This document shows positions 42,276 to 55,696 of a stretch of DNA of 64,000 bases, piece by piece (the stretch's first letter is position 1; each line of letters starts with the position of its first letter). The stretch comes from Eledone cirrhosa (taxonomy: Eukaryota): positions 77,748,001 through 77,812,000 of the forward strand of contig OZ024742.1 of NCBI GenBank assembly GCA_964016885.1, read 5' to 3'. The translations under genes and the position numbers were made by a program. Under the pieces are notes generated by a model, which was not told the DNA's origin, did not search any database, and was given only the letters and a program-made list of their open reading frames with translations.

Positions 42276-43111
42276 AAAGACTTTTGATGTATTGAAGGCT
42301 TTTGTTTTACTCTCTTAATTTTTCGGCTCTGTTTAACTACATTGAGCTATACCTTTTACTGTCATTTCTATAATACGAAGAGGGTGTTTAACTCCAACAC
42401 GCTTCAGTATTTTAACCCTTATATATATATATATACATATATATAAAAGGAAAAAAGGTGAAATCGAAAATGCAACTGGGGTCTTAAAAAAATATATTTA
42501 TTTGGTTCCTATACCGGTTTCGCAGTTCTTCTGCTTTTCAAAAGTAGAGTTGAGATGGAGGGTTTGTGGTTTTTCTCAAATCTGGTTGGTCTTTCAATGC
42601 TACTTGTTTTATATGGAAAAAAGTGGCTTGAAATGCCAGGTTTTTAGAGAAATAATTTGATTGTTTGGTGAATATGTATAATAAATTTCGCGCCAGTTTG
42701 CGTTACAGATTTCTTCAAATAAAGGGGGGTAGGGTGCTCATGTTGTTTTTTCATATATGAGTGAAGTTTGGTTGTTTGATGCAGTCACGTGAATAAGCAC
42801 ATCAGCTTTCGCGCCTGTTTGTTTGAATTTCTTTTTACTTAAAACAATGTGGCTCACGTAGGCTTGTTTTTTATAAATGTAATTTGATTGGTTATAAATG
42901 AAATCATATCTGTCACGTGAACAAGTTCACTAAATTTTGCGCCCGTATTTGGGAATTTATTTTGTAGCCTTTTAGAGAATTTCATAACAAACAAAAGATA
43001 ATCGTCAGGAGAAATGGGATGGGGAGAATTGTACTGGTTCAGTGAATATGGCTGGTCCGCTGGGGTGTCAGAATTCAGACTTTCTATTAAAATAAAGTAA
43101 TTAGAGATCAA

Positions 43112-43785
43112 CATCATCATCATCATCATCATCATTTAATGTCCATCATCCACGCTTGGGTTTGAACGGGTGATTTCTCACTTGAGGCAAGAGTGGTTGT
43201 CTTGCTCGCATAGGACTGTCTGGCGGGTTTTCTCCGACTGGATGCTCTTCCTAACACCAACCACGTTTACAGTGTGGACTGGGACGTTTTTACCGTGTTA
43301 CCTACACGGCCACATTACAGCGTGGACTGTGTGTTTTTTTGTCGTGACACCTACACGACCTAATTTGTTTCGGACTGGATGTTGTGGTACCAACATAACT
43401 TTACATTGAAAAGGGTGGGGGTAGTGGAACGGGGGTGTATTTTGTTAGAGGTGCCTACTGACTGTAGTAGGTTTCACTATATACTTAGGTAAGGCGGGTC
43501 TTCTGTATTACTGCGTAGCGCCAAAGATCTCGATCCAGTGACATTGTCTTGGAGAGGTGTAAATGTGTGAGGTCGGAATTTATCAAATCGTCCCAGGTTT
43601 TTCTGGGTCTGCCTACTCCGTGGCTACCGTCTCTTTTTATTGCCCTGCACCTTTTTTATACAGCTGTGTCGTCTTTCATGCGCATCACGTGACCATACCA
43701 ACGTAATCTTCTCTCGAGTAAACAACATCTGATCCCTCTTATTTCTAATTGTTCCCTTAGTTTGTTTATGCTTTGCCGTTCACGT
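43112..43785 (-). mobile_element. RTE-group LINE 3' fragment with (ATG)n tail
   Basis: RRLRWYGHVMRM...GRPRKTW...DRDLWR; (CAT)n at 43112-43135. Confidence 0.8.
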
Positions 43786-44302
43786 ATATTACTATTACAC
43801 ATAGAGATATGTATGTTTATTTGTGTGCTAGTGTGTGTGTGTGTAGGAAGATGATGCTATTAGTAGAAATGGAGGAGGGAGTTGTGTGTGTGTATGGGTG
43901 TTATGTGTGTGTGTGGGAGTATGTTAAGATGGAGAGAATATATATATTTTGTGTGTGTGTATGTGTGTAGGAAAGTGATTCTATTAGTAGACATGGGGGA
44001 GGGAGTTTTGTGTGTGTGTGTGGGTGTTATGTGTGTGTGGGAGTATGGTTAGCATGTTAAGATGAAGAGAATATATATATTGTGTGTGTGTGTGTAGGAA
44101 GATGATTCCGTTAGTAGAAATGGGGGAGGGAGTTATGTGTATGTTGGGGGGGGGGGGGTAGCATGTTAAGGTGTTAGAGTATTAACTTATGTTAAGGTTT
44201 ATTTAGTTCTGGTTTTCATTTTCTAAAGTAGGTGTTATGTGTGTGTGTGTATGTATGTGTTGTTTGGATGTTTAGCATGGTATGGTGTTGACATAGTGTA
44301 TA

Positions 44303-45465
44303 TTAAACTATATTTAATGCTGATCTATATTTTTGAATAAACATATTTTCCTTAATTATCCGTATTTGTTCTGTTGTATTGTCAGCGCAATGGTAAAATG
44401 GGAAGACTTGGAACTTGGGTGTCTTATTACTTGCGCATATGTCTAGATGTGCACTTAGTGGTATCTGTCTCGTAATTTTTGGCGATGAACTGACTGTCAT
44501 TCTGTTTCTGAGTGTGAGTTTAGTTTGTCCTATATAATCTTCATTGCATCCTTTACATTTAATGGCATAAATTAGATTCTTTGATGTGCAAGTGAAGTGA
44601 TATTTTACAGCAAAATTTTGTCGTGATTGAAATGTATACGTGTTGCCTTCAATGAGGTGAGTGCAGGTTCCACAATTAGAGCGACCACATTTTTTGACAG
44701 TTGGTTGTGGGTTTGTGGTAGGTAATTTGGCATTGGTGTAATGTTTTTAGGGATTTCGGTTGTCTTTTGCTTCAGATTATTTCGTGTATTTCAAGGGCTT
44801 TTTTCATTCTTGGGTCTTGTTTCAATAGTGGGATGTTCTTTTGAATAGTGCTGTAAGCTTCCGCATTTCTTGGGTTGTGTGTTGAGATTTATGATAGAAT
44901 TTTGGACGTACCTTGCATTTGTTTCTATTTTCGTAATTCATCATTGTCTATTGCTTTAGCCCATTCTATTCCATTATTTATTAGTAATGGTGGGTACTCT
45001 CTTTCGAGCAGAATTTCCTTTAATTTTTGAAGTCTTTTATTTCGCGTTTCATAATTGGAGACAATTGTGCCAATTCTTCTTGCTAGGTTAAAAGGAATGC
45101 TCGTCTTTGTGTGCTTTGGATGGTTGGAGGTGAATAGCAGGTATTGTTTGGAATCTGTTGGTTTGTAGTGTATGTCAGTTTCAATATTTGTGTCTTTTTT
45201 TAAGATTAAGATCGTTGTATTCCACTGTGAATTGGATGTGGTTATTGATACCGCTAATTAAATTTTTGAAAGCATTCAGTTGGTCGAGTGTGTGGGACCA
45301 AAGAATGAGATAATCATCCAAGTAGCGTTTCCAATTCTCTGAGAAATATTTGTGGAAGTTCAATCCGTATTTTGATTTGGACTGTTCATATATCTGGACT
45401 TCTAAGTATGCCATGACTAAGTTGGCATAAGTTGGAGCGCCTTTTGTACCCATAGCAGTCCCAGA
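44303..45465 (-). pseudogene. PLE RT-thumb, Cys-rich linker and GIY-YIG (Neptune-like), frameshifted
   Basis: GTAMGTKGAPTYANL, WKRYLDD, YKPTDSKQYL..SNHP, CGRSNCGTC, FTCTSKNLIYAIKCKGCNEDYIGQT. Confidence 0.85.
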
Positions 45466-45707
45466 TATGACTGCATCAACCAACCAAACTACACTCATAT
45501 ATGAAAAAACAACCTGAGTCCCCCCCCCCCCTTGTTTGAAGAACTTTGTAACGCAAACTAGCGAGAAATTTATTATACTTATTCACCAACCAATCAAATT
45601 ACTTCTCTAAAAACCTGGCGTTTCGAGCCACTCTTTTCCATATAAAACAAGTAACATTCAAAGACCAATCAGATGTGAGAAAAACCACAGACCCTCCATC
45701 TCAACTC

Positions 45708-45748
45708 TACTTTTGAAAAGTAGAAGAACTGCGAAACCGGTAAAGGTA
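45708..45748 (+). ncRNA. Minimal type I hammerhead ribozyme, U3-A8 variant (family D); copies at 42508-42546 and 33298-33333 on the minus strand
   Basis: CTT TTGAAAA GTAG-AAGAA-CTGC GAAA CCGGT A AAG; the TTGAAAA core is shared by all three copies. Confidence 0.75.
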
Positions 45749-47504
45749 CCAAATAAATATATATATATTTTTTTAAATAAGACTCCAGTTGCGTTTTCGA
45801 TTTCACCTTTTTTCCTTATACTTTCACTCGTGTAGGACACCTCGGTTATTTTTCATTTTGTAAACCCCGACGGCTATTTCTGGACTAAATTAGAAATTTT
45901 AGCGTGGTAGTAAATAGCCGAACTTTTCAAGGGGTAATTCCTTATATGGTAAGATTGTAAGATTGGTCAAAATGTCTCGTAAACGCAATTAAATCTTTCA
46001 TAGTGGTTGGTAGGTGGGAGGTGGGTTGGCTGAACTTAACTGTAGAACAATGAGGGGGTGGATGGAGCCAGTCAAGCGTTGAAAGTGAATTCTATACTGC
46101 AAATTATAAGGAGTGTGTATGAAATTAGGCTTGTAAGGAAGCAGGTGAAATAGGATTCAGGAGGAATTATGACCGTCAAATTAACCATTGCCAGCTTTAT
46201 TTATTCTTAATCTGGCCTTAAAGTAATACGGACCTATTATGTTTAATTCAGACTATATAAATTATTTTCGTCGTTGAAATTTGAGAAAACAAAATTACAT
46301 TCAATTATTTATTCCTAATTATTTCAGTATTGTAAGAATTGGCCCATTCCTATAGTAAACATGTGAATATTTTCGAAACATTTGCACTGCATATGAGCAT
46401 GTTTAAATGATCACGTAATTCCAGTATCATTAAAAGATATTAATTTATTGATACGAATTAGAATTATAAATTTGTAGAACACTAAACACAGACGAATTAA
46501 TTTTTTTTATCTTTTGACGTTCTAATCACAAAACACGCTGAAGTTCGATTTGTTGCTCTTCCTATCGACTTTTAGTGGGATATAAAATTAATTATCAATT
46601 CAATGGTTAGGCGGGGATACTTAATTAAAACCTGTCTCCTGTAAATGTGTGCAATTCTAACTGTATTATACATATTCATTATCTCAATGTAAAAGTACTG
46701 GTTATGAATTCAAACCTGGTGATACTCGAACCAAGATCATCGAATCCAGAAGCTAATTATATTAGGGCATGTAGTATAACGATTTACCGTTTTTCTCATA
46801 ATACCATAAGTTATGTATTTAATTGTATATATCAGAACGGATATAATGTGAGCTTAGTTAACTACTCTGAACAAGCTGTAGTCTGCGACCTGCAATAACG
46901 TAAATGCAAAATTAAATATGTTCTGAGAACTCATACGGTGACATAACATATAAGTAAAGGTATGCCGTTAACTTTCGCTATTATATCACAACAAACTTTT
47001 CAGTAAATCTGCTTTATATTTAAAACACTAACTTCAGTATTAAAGTATCATTAAAGTTTAACATTAGTTTTAAAGCAAATACATAGTAAAATATTAGTAT
47101 AGAATGTTTAAAAAATCTGTAAAAATACGAAATTGAAAATCAGCGCAGTTAATATGGCTACAAACATGTATCCATCCGAATGTATATCTAAATGTATTTT
47201 ATATCCATATGTGTTAAATAATATATATATGTGTGGTGGTGTGGTTGCGTGTCTGTGTGTGTCTGTATGTGTACATTTAATTTGCTTTTCTTTTCATTTT
47301 ATTATAGATATTTTAACATATATATAAGGGTTGCCATCAGATACCAGTGTATACAATGAATGAATTAATTCAATAATTTTGTATCTCTTGTCCTTTTTCC
47401 CACTTTTGAATTCATAATGCTCTGACGAATTGATCCATTATTTAATTAATTCATTGATTGAGAAAAACTGGTTACGGGTGGATACTCTTATATGTATGTC
47501 TATA

Positions 47505-47629
<125 letters not shown>

Positions 47630-47727
47630 GATTGTATATTTACACATGTTTATGCACACTCACCTGAAAACATACACGAATACCCACATACACACAACTA
47701 CAATACTATCATATAATTTTTATAACG

Positions 47728-48060
47728 GATGAATCAAATCTTCAAACATCCTCTCTATTTAAGTGTATGCAAATGACCGTAAAATTGTAAATCGGATTAT
47801 AGAATATTTTAAGAATTTCTTAAATTCGCCAATGTAAAAGATCCTTGCAAAAATGTACACATCTACAAAATACTAGTAATCAGCTGCGATCTTTTACACT
47901 CATTACATATATATACTGGTATTTTGTAGATGTGTACATTCTCAAGGATCATTTTTTATTGGGTAAGTTAAGAAATTCTTAATATATTTTATGATCCGTA
48001 TTTTTAATTTCCATTGCTTACACTGAAATAGAGACGACATTTCACAAATTTGATCTATTC
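47728..48060. repeat. Old imperfect fold-back with ~150-bp arms, MITE-like or PLE-derived
   Basis: aatgtacacatctacaaaatactagta vs tactggtattttgtagatgtgtacatt, with patchy complementarity extending outward. Confidence 0.65.
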
Positions 48061-48184
48061 TTTATAAAATTTAAATGACAGTATTGCAGTTATGGGTGGA
48101 CCCGTTTGTTTTGCCGTGACAACCAATAATTTTAGACCCAGTCAACCATTGCATATATATATATACATATATGGGGGAGGGGGT

Positions 48185-48723
<539 letters not shown>

Positions 48724-49334
48724 TATAGCTTTCTGTTTAGTGTGTGCATGCGGGAGTGTGATGGAAAAAGAGAGAGAAAATGAGTGACAATTTCATTTAT
48801 TTTTACTTTTGTGTTTATAATGTATCGAATAGCTTTTAAATATTCAGAAAATTATGAAAATATATGGATGTTCATTACATTTCTACAATGCATAGTTGTG
48901 TTTAAAAGATAAAAAAAGTGACACAGAAAATCCATCAATATAGCTTATTTGCCTTAATATATTTTCGATTTTAATTATTTCTTCAACTTTAAGTACTACT
49001 GAAAGGCTTAAAGCGATTTTCGGATGGAAGGGAAAAAAACTGGGAAAAAATATGCCATTCATTGAAGTCACATTCATGGCGTGTGGGAATTATTGCAGAA
49101 TTATTCCTAAATAATTAAAAGCCGTAGAAATAGTGCAGCGTTTGATACTAGCTCTAAATTGAATAAATTCATAATAGCTTTGAGATCCCCAAGATGATAA
49201 TTAATAACATCGTTGAATACCGGATTAACAAGCTGGTTAACGATATCTTCTTTCCATCATCAACTCCCCTTCACTCTTTCACCCTCTATTTTCTATTTGT
49301 GTGCATGTGGCTGAGTGGGTGTACATATATATGT

Positions 49335-49423
<89 letters not shown>

Positions 49424-49769
49424 TGTGTGTGTATAACGATTGAACACCTTTCTATTTTAAATTTCCCTTTTCATACAACTTTAGTTCTTTATCTAAAGAG
49501 AACATTTAAAAGCCAAAGGCATTTATTTTATCATCAATAAGCCAACATATTGATAATAATTCCTTTTTTTTTTAAACTGATAATTATTTCAAGTTTCTTA
49601 TTCAAATATATTTGTGTGGCAAGTTTAAATAATTTGGTTCAAGATGAAATTGAAAGCCAGCTGCAATATATATTGCTTGAACGTCAGACATTCTCTGTAG
49701 ATCATATCCAACCTGACTGTGCATATTTAAAATTAAGAATTTATAGAATCTAATTATAATGCTTCAAAA

Positions 49770-52700
49770 TGTATATTCATGACTTGTGTTTGTTGCGGAT
49801 CTAGTGATTCTGCTTGTTGTGTTTGCGTTCCGGAGTGTACTGCAGGTGTTGGAGCTGCTGTAGTTGGAAATATGGCTGTGCTTTGTGTGGGTCTATCTTG
49901 TTCATTTTCTAGGGTGTGTTTTGGAATGGTTCCCCCTCTTCTTCGCTGTGATGGCGAGGAGGTTTTAGTGTCTGAGTCACTTGACTCAAATGGCAGTTGT
50001 GATATGAGTGTATGAGAGTGTGTGTATGTTTTGATGATCCCTGCTGTCGGTGTTGGTGGTGGAGGTTTTCCTGTTGCTCCTCATGGTGGTTTTGTTGGAT
50101 TGGGAGCTGTTGGGGCTAGTGCTGGTGTTGCTACTACATTGTTTGGTGTCACTGTTGTTGATATTCTTCTTCTTGTTGAGACCGTGGTGTTTGCAGTAGT
50201 GTTAGTCTGTGGTTCCCAACCTTTTTTACAAACAAGGCAGAATACACTTACGCAGGTGGTTTTTCCACATCGATGGCACTAGGGATTTTGAACTCTATGC
50301 CCACATGTAACTCTGCCCAACCTGAGAGGCGATATATACCACCATGACTGGGATCTTGTCAATTGTCTCTGTTTAGATCTGGAGAAAAAACCTCCAGACT
50401 GATCTCAGTTTTATCTCGTGCTCCCTTTACTTCCAGAAGGTTTTTAATTCCATGCAAAACAATATATGCTAGGTCCAACATATGTTTAATTCTAGCGAGA
50501 TCTCTGGAACTCGGATCCTCACAGTTCATCTTCCCATCTAAAAGTGGAAAATTATGTATTGGTCCCAATTTCAGGGGACTTCTTTGCAAAGGCCTTGTAT
50601 ATAAAGGGCACTGAAATATCCCAAACTTCTTACTAATTGCAACGTGCTGTTTGTCTGGCTATCCAAACCTACCTGCACTTGGGATTGTGAGTCCAGTTCC
50701 ATTGTTTTTTTAACTTGAAGTTGATAAATTAGGTTTATTCAGTCGCTGCCAACACCTGCGTCTGAAGACTTATATTGGCCCAGGTTTTCTCAACTGCTAC
50801 AAGTTTGGCTGGCTCAGCCAAATATTCTTCTCTCTTGATCAAGTCTATCTAGAATAGTTCCATGATTTTCGAAGACATTTCTGTGAACGTGATTTTGTAT
50901 TTGCTGCTGCTGCTGCTGCTGTTGTTGTTGATGCTACCGCTGTTGTTGCTGCTGCTATTCACGTTGTTGTTGTCGTCGTCTTTATTCTTGTTGATGTTGG
51001 GACATTGGCCCTCTTTGTAATGTCTGTATTTGCGTTAGTGACAGCCCTAGTGGAGGTAGTTGTGATGATGCTACGTCATTGTCGAACTTGGAACTGAAGT
51101 CTGAGCTGCTCTCATATGACATGATTTGGGGAGACAGAGCGGTGTAGATGGTGAATAGCGAGACTGCAACCAGATATGATGGATAATTGCGATATAAGCC
51201 TCCAACTGCCGGACGAAAAATCAACCACGGACCAACAGCGGTGAAATACTAGGGAAGAAAGAGAAGTAAGTGATACCTTTCGCTCCCAACATAACTCTTA
51301 CAACTCAGAGATGTGGCTACGACCAAACTAGTAAAGACCGCCTCGAGAAAAACCTAGACTTCCTGAGACTGACATAACTACCACATTAGTGACGAGCGTG
51401 AATAAGACCACCAAAAATTACTGCAATATAGCGAGACACAACAAAGGCAGTAATGCCACATCATTCTTCGTGCGGATTAACAAGGGACACGTCCTGACCT
51501 CAGATAGAGGGGCCACTTCGAAGAATATATTGCAGTCTCTATCACATGCTCTAAAAAAAGCGAAGGGCTTGCGACCTCTCCTGCATTTGCGCTGCCTATT
51601 CTGAGTAAGGCCATGCTGAAAGAAGAGAAGGAAAAGTTGGAAAAGACAACTTACCTCAGTCCTGTGGAGAAAGCAAGATTCCTCCATCCTTCTGGTTGGT
51701 TGTGACCCTCTCCACAAGGATATCTCTGAATATCGTTCTGGAGAGGTTTACACAGAAATCTCCTATGTCATTGGGAAATTTTACTTTTAAAACAGCATAT
51801 GTTTTGTGAGATACATGTTATTTCTCTGTGTGTGGGTAGTGTTAACTTTTGGGGTGCTGTGTAAATTTTCTCTGCGATGCTGGTGTTTTACTAACTGTAG
51901 TGCAATCATTGTATGTTGTTCGTGTTTAAAGACTTGAGGGTGATGCAGTTTTATCGTGTTGTTGTGGTTGCGCTTGTTGTGGTTGCGCTAGAGTGCTCTT
52001 TTATATTTGGCTTATTGTTGGTGTTTGTTATATTGTTGGTGGTGTTTGGGTTGATGATGGTGATGGTATTGGTGTTTGAAGTTGTGGAGCTGGTGATGAT
52101 GTTGGAAAATGGGGTGGTGGCGTTGATGTCTTAGGTAATTTTGTTTGTTTTGCTATCTTTTTTAGGACGAAGGATGGGAGTTCTTTCTTTTCTCTCTACC
52201 TTTGATGGTTTTCCAACCCTCCTCTTCGTCACAATCCGTCTCCAGGTGTGCGACATCGGGGAGGAGCGTGACTCTACAGCTGTATGTGTTGCTTGTGACG
52301 TGGTGGATTGTGATGGCACTAGTTATACTTCTGACGTTGTGGATGTTGTTTGTGCTGCCGTTGCTGTTGCTGTTGTTGGTTGTGGAGCCAGTTTGCTAAG
52401 TGGTGAAGGCAGAAGATGTGGCTTTGATTGTTTGGCCAATTGCTGGGGGCAGAAGGTCGTTATGTGGGTTCCGTCTCAACCGTCACGGTGAGGTAACTGT
52501 CGTCATCGAGATCTATGACACCAGGTATTTCTTCGACATGTTTCTGGCTCGTTTGGATCAGGAGTTCCATTCCTTAACCAGATCTAGTTCTCATGTTCAA
52601 TTCTGATTATTTGCAGGACTCTGGTGTCATCCTCGATGTCGATGAGTAAATTTGGAGTGAGCTATTTACTTTTTGTTTTATCATTGAGTCTTCTCTGGCT

Positions 52701-53036
52701 TCATGTGGGGTGGCGAAGAACAAGTACATGGTTCCATAATAGTGGCTGTCCTGATGATAGAACGAACCGTTGTTCGCTTTTGCAGACGAAATCATGGCTT
52801 CCGCCATGTTTGTATGTTTTTTTAATAGGACAGATATATATTTTTTTTCTTTTTGAAAAAAGTTCCAATATTAGGCCGAAGCACACATAGCTTTTAATCT
52901 TGTTTTCAGAAGGTAATATATAGTGACTTATTCACAATGAACAATAAAAATACTAAGAATAATACAAAGAAGAATTCCAAAGAACTTAAAACAACAAACC
53001 TTTCGGAGCTCACAATAACACATTTTCACAAGTCAG
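49770..53036 (-). mobile_element. Heavily decayed ORF1/gag-like retroelement relic(s)
   Basis: Minus strand is Thr/Asn/Gln-rich coding-like sequence with many stops and a zinc-knuckle-like CHRCGKTT..SVFC near 50240-50280; no RT seen. Confidence 0.35.
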
Positions 53037-53041
53037 TCACC

Positions 53042-53111
<70 letters not shown>
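53042..53111. repeat. (AAT)n microsatellite, 5' flank of a Dong-like insertion
   Basis: Direct reading. Confidence 0.95.
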
Positions 53112-53112
<1 letters not shown>

Positions 53113-54759
53113 GGGCTATTATCCACTGTGAAGCAGTTCAGTGATGACATTAAAATGGAGTTTGGACTGGATAAATGCGCCAAAGCAATGTTCACCAGAG
53201 GAAAGCTGCTGAAGAGTTCAGACATTAATCTTGATCGGGGGAACGTGATAAGAGAGCTTGATCAAGAACAAACTTACAAATATCTAGGTGTTTGTGAAGG
53301 AGACGGAATCAAGCACTCGACAATGAGGGAAAGGATAAGGAAGGAATGTTACCGCAGAGTCAGAGCAATCTTAAGAACGGAATTGAATGCAAGGAATAGG
53401 ATCGATGCCATAAACACGCTTGCCATACCAGTAGTAACCTACAGTTACAATGTCATCAACTGGTCAAGCACAGAGATCCGTAGGCTCGATACAAAAATCC
53501 GAAAATTCTTAACCATGCACAGAATGCATCACCCTAAGGCAGACATAGATAGAATATATCTCCCTAGGAAAGAAGGAGGACGTGGGTTAATCCAGTTAGA
53601 CATTGCGTTGAAAACTGCAACAATTGGATTATCCACATATCTAAGGGAATCACATGATTGGATGATCAAACTCGTTTTGAAACACGAAAGCACCAAAAGA
53701 TCATATTCCATTACAAAAGATGCACAAAGATACAGTAATGGACTACAAATTTCAGAAGTCCCATTTACTGCTGAAATGGAAAACACAGAAAAAGCAAAGC
53801 AGGTAAAAGTAACTGCAAAGAAAGAACTGCTACAGAAACTGGCTAAGAAATGGCAAGAAAAGCCCTCTGTATGGAAAATACCCAGAGCGAGCTAACAATC
53901 CTGATGTTGACAAAACTTTAACCCATCAGTGGTTGGCATCCTCTGGACTGAAATCGGAGACTGAAGGACTGATTATATCCGCACAAGATCAGTGTCTGCC
54001 AACAAAAAATTACCAAGCCAACATAATAAAAAATGGGTGCAGCCCATTATGCCGTGTATGCAAAAAACAACCAGAGACCATTGACCATATAATTTCAATG
54101 TGCAGTCCTATAGCTCCAACCGAATACCTAAACAGGCATGACAGAGCTGCACAATACATACATTGGATAATGTGTAAGCATTTTGACCTGCCCCATCAAA
54201 AGAATTGGTGGGAGCATCAACCACCTCCCATACTTGAAAAAGATCACATCTCAATCTTGTGGAACTTTAGCATCCAAACAGACCGAAAAGTAGATGCAAA
54301 TAGACCTGATACAATACTGAAGGACTCTAAAAAGAGGGCATGCCTGCTAATTGATATGTCTGTTCCAATAGACAATAATGTATCTATAAAAACTTTTGAA
54401 AAATTGAACAAGTATAAGGACCTGGAGATAGAAATTGGAAAAATGTGGAAATTGAGAACTAAACAATACCAGTAGTTGTAGGCGCTCTAGGAATGATACC
54501 TAAGGGGTCTAATGATTACTTATCGCAAATCCCAGGAAACCCGCGTATAGGTGAAATACAGAAGATAGTACTAATGGGAACTGCCCATATACTAAGGAAG
54601 ATTATGTCAATATAAGTACATCACAAGTCTAAACACCTAAAGATGCATGTGTGTGTATGTATGTTCGTTCTTGAACATGGCGGACCTTGTTGTCTCTTCA
54701 GGTCACCGGTTGTGACTTGGTGATAACTCGTATGAACATAAAGCAAGACAAATGCAACT

Positions 54760-54760
<1 letters not shown>
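53112..54760 (+). mobile_element. Dong/R4-like element, 5'-truncated, well preserved
   Basis: FSDDIKMEFGLDKC, YKYLG, HHPKADIDRIYLPRKEGGRGL, CRVCKKQPETIDHIISMC, NRPD..LIDMSVP..EKLNKYKDL; few frameshifts; pure (AAT)n on both sides. Confidence 0.9.

Positions 54761-54826
<66 letters not shown>
54761..54826. repeat. (AAT)n microsatellite, 3' flank
   Basis: Direct reading. Confidence 0.95.
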
Positions 54827-55696
54827 GATGATTCATAAGATGGTCCGTATGGCGAGACCCAAGACGCCCATAACGAAGCTCCCGACAAGATTTGAAATAA
54901 ATCGAACACTATCGACAAAACAATAATAAAAACACTAAGAAAACGAAGTGGAAACATAATGGACGAATACCAAAGAAACCTACAAAAATAAATTTTGTAC
55001 ACGGATCGTCCTTATAACATAATTTTCTTAATTAAAATAACGGACCACATGTGTAAATAAACAAACTGAATATCAGCCGCACCACTACTCAGAATTTTAA
55101 ATCAAAACAAAAAGTAAAACGATATATATAAGTAACAAACTCTATTGATTATATTACACATACATGTATTATAAACACAACGAAAAATGTACACAAAACA
55201 AACATTCACAACCACTTCCTCACACATTCACACCAGTAAATCCCCAATCTATTTTTAGACTACTGTCACTGACTGCTACCTATATCCCTTCTCAGTGTCT
55301 AATGTGTGGGGGTATATATATGTGTGTATATACATACGTGTGTATAAGTATGCACGATGAATGTATATTTATGTATGTGTATGGAACCCACATAAAGGAC
55401 AAAACAAAGGGGAAGAAAAAAAGAATACTAGCACCCCATTTACACCTCAAACTCAAAATAAACAGAAAATAACATCGGAGAAGCAACTCCTATAAGCTAC
55501 AATGTCACCCTACCCACTACCACTTCCAGCACCCCCACCCTAGAATTAATCTCCCTACCACCATTACCAACACCACTCACACTACAAGAACAGTTGAGAT
55601 AATTCTCGTACACACCTTACAGCTGCAACCATAAGAAATCACCCCAATCAACAACAGCAATGACCATAACTATACTATTATAATAGTAATAATGAT

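Larger units (their letters stand above)
37993..42420. mobile_element. Naiad-type PLE C: ~4.3-kb near-spacerless palindrome of the element 3' end
   Basis: 37993-40090 is the reverse complement of about 40160-42319. The centre encodes the GIY-YIG C-terminus (YIWDLK..LNWRLV..FCNLCILE..LNRKSEIFSSCPH). Tail at 42320-42420. Confidence 0.92.
42444..45864 (-). mobile_element. Neptune-like Penelope element D, 5'-truncated, with inverted pLTR
   Basis: About 42444-42788 is inverted at 45468-45820; degenerate RT and GIY-YIG lie between; an RTE fragment is inserted in the 3' UTR. Confidence 0.85.

Noticed and set aside
42968-43012. Minus-strand CTGACGA...GAAA
   Set aside because: Stem II is poor and there is no stem III.
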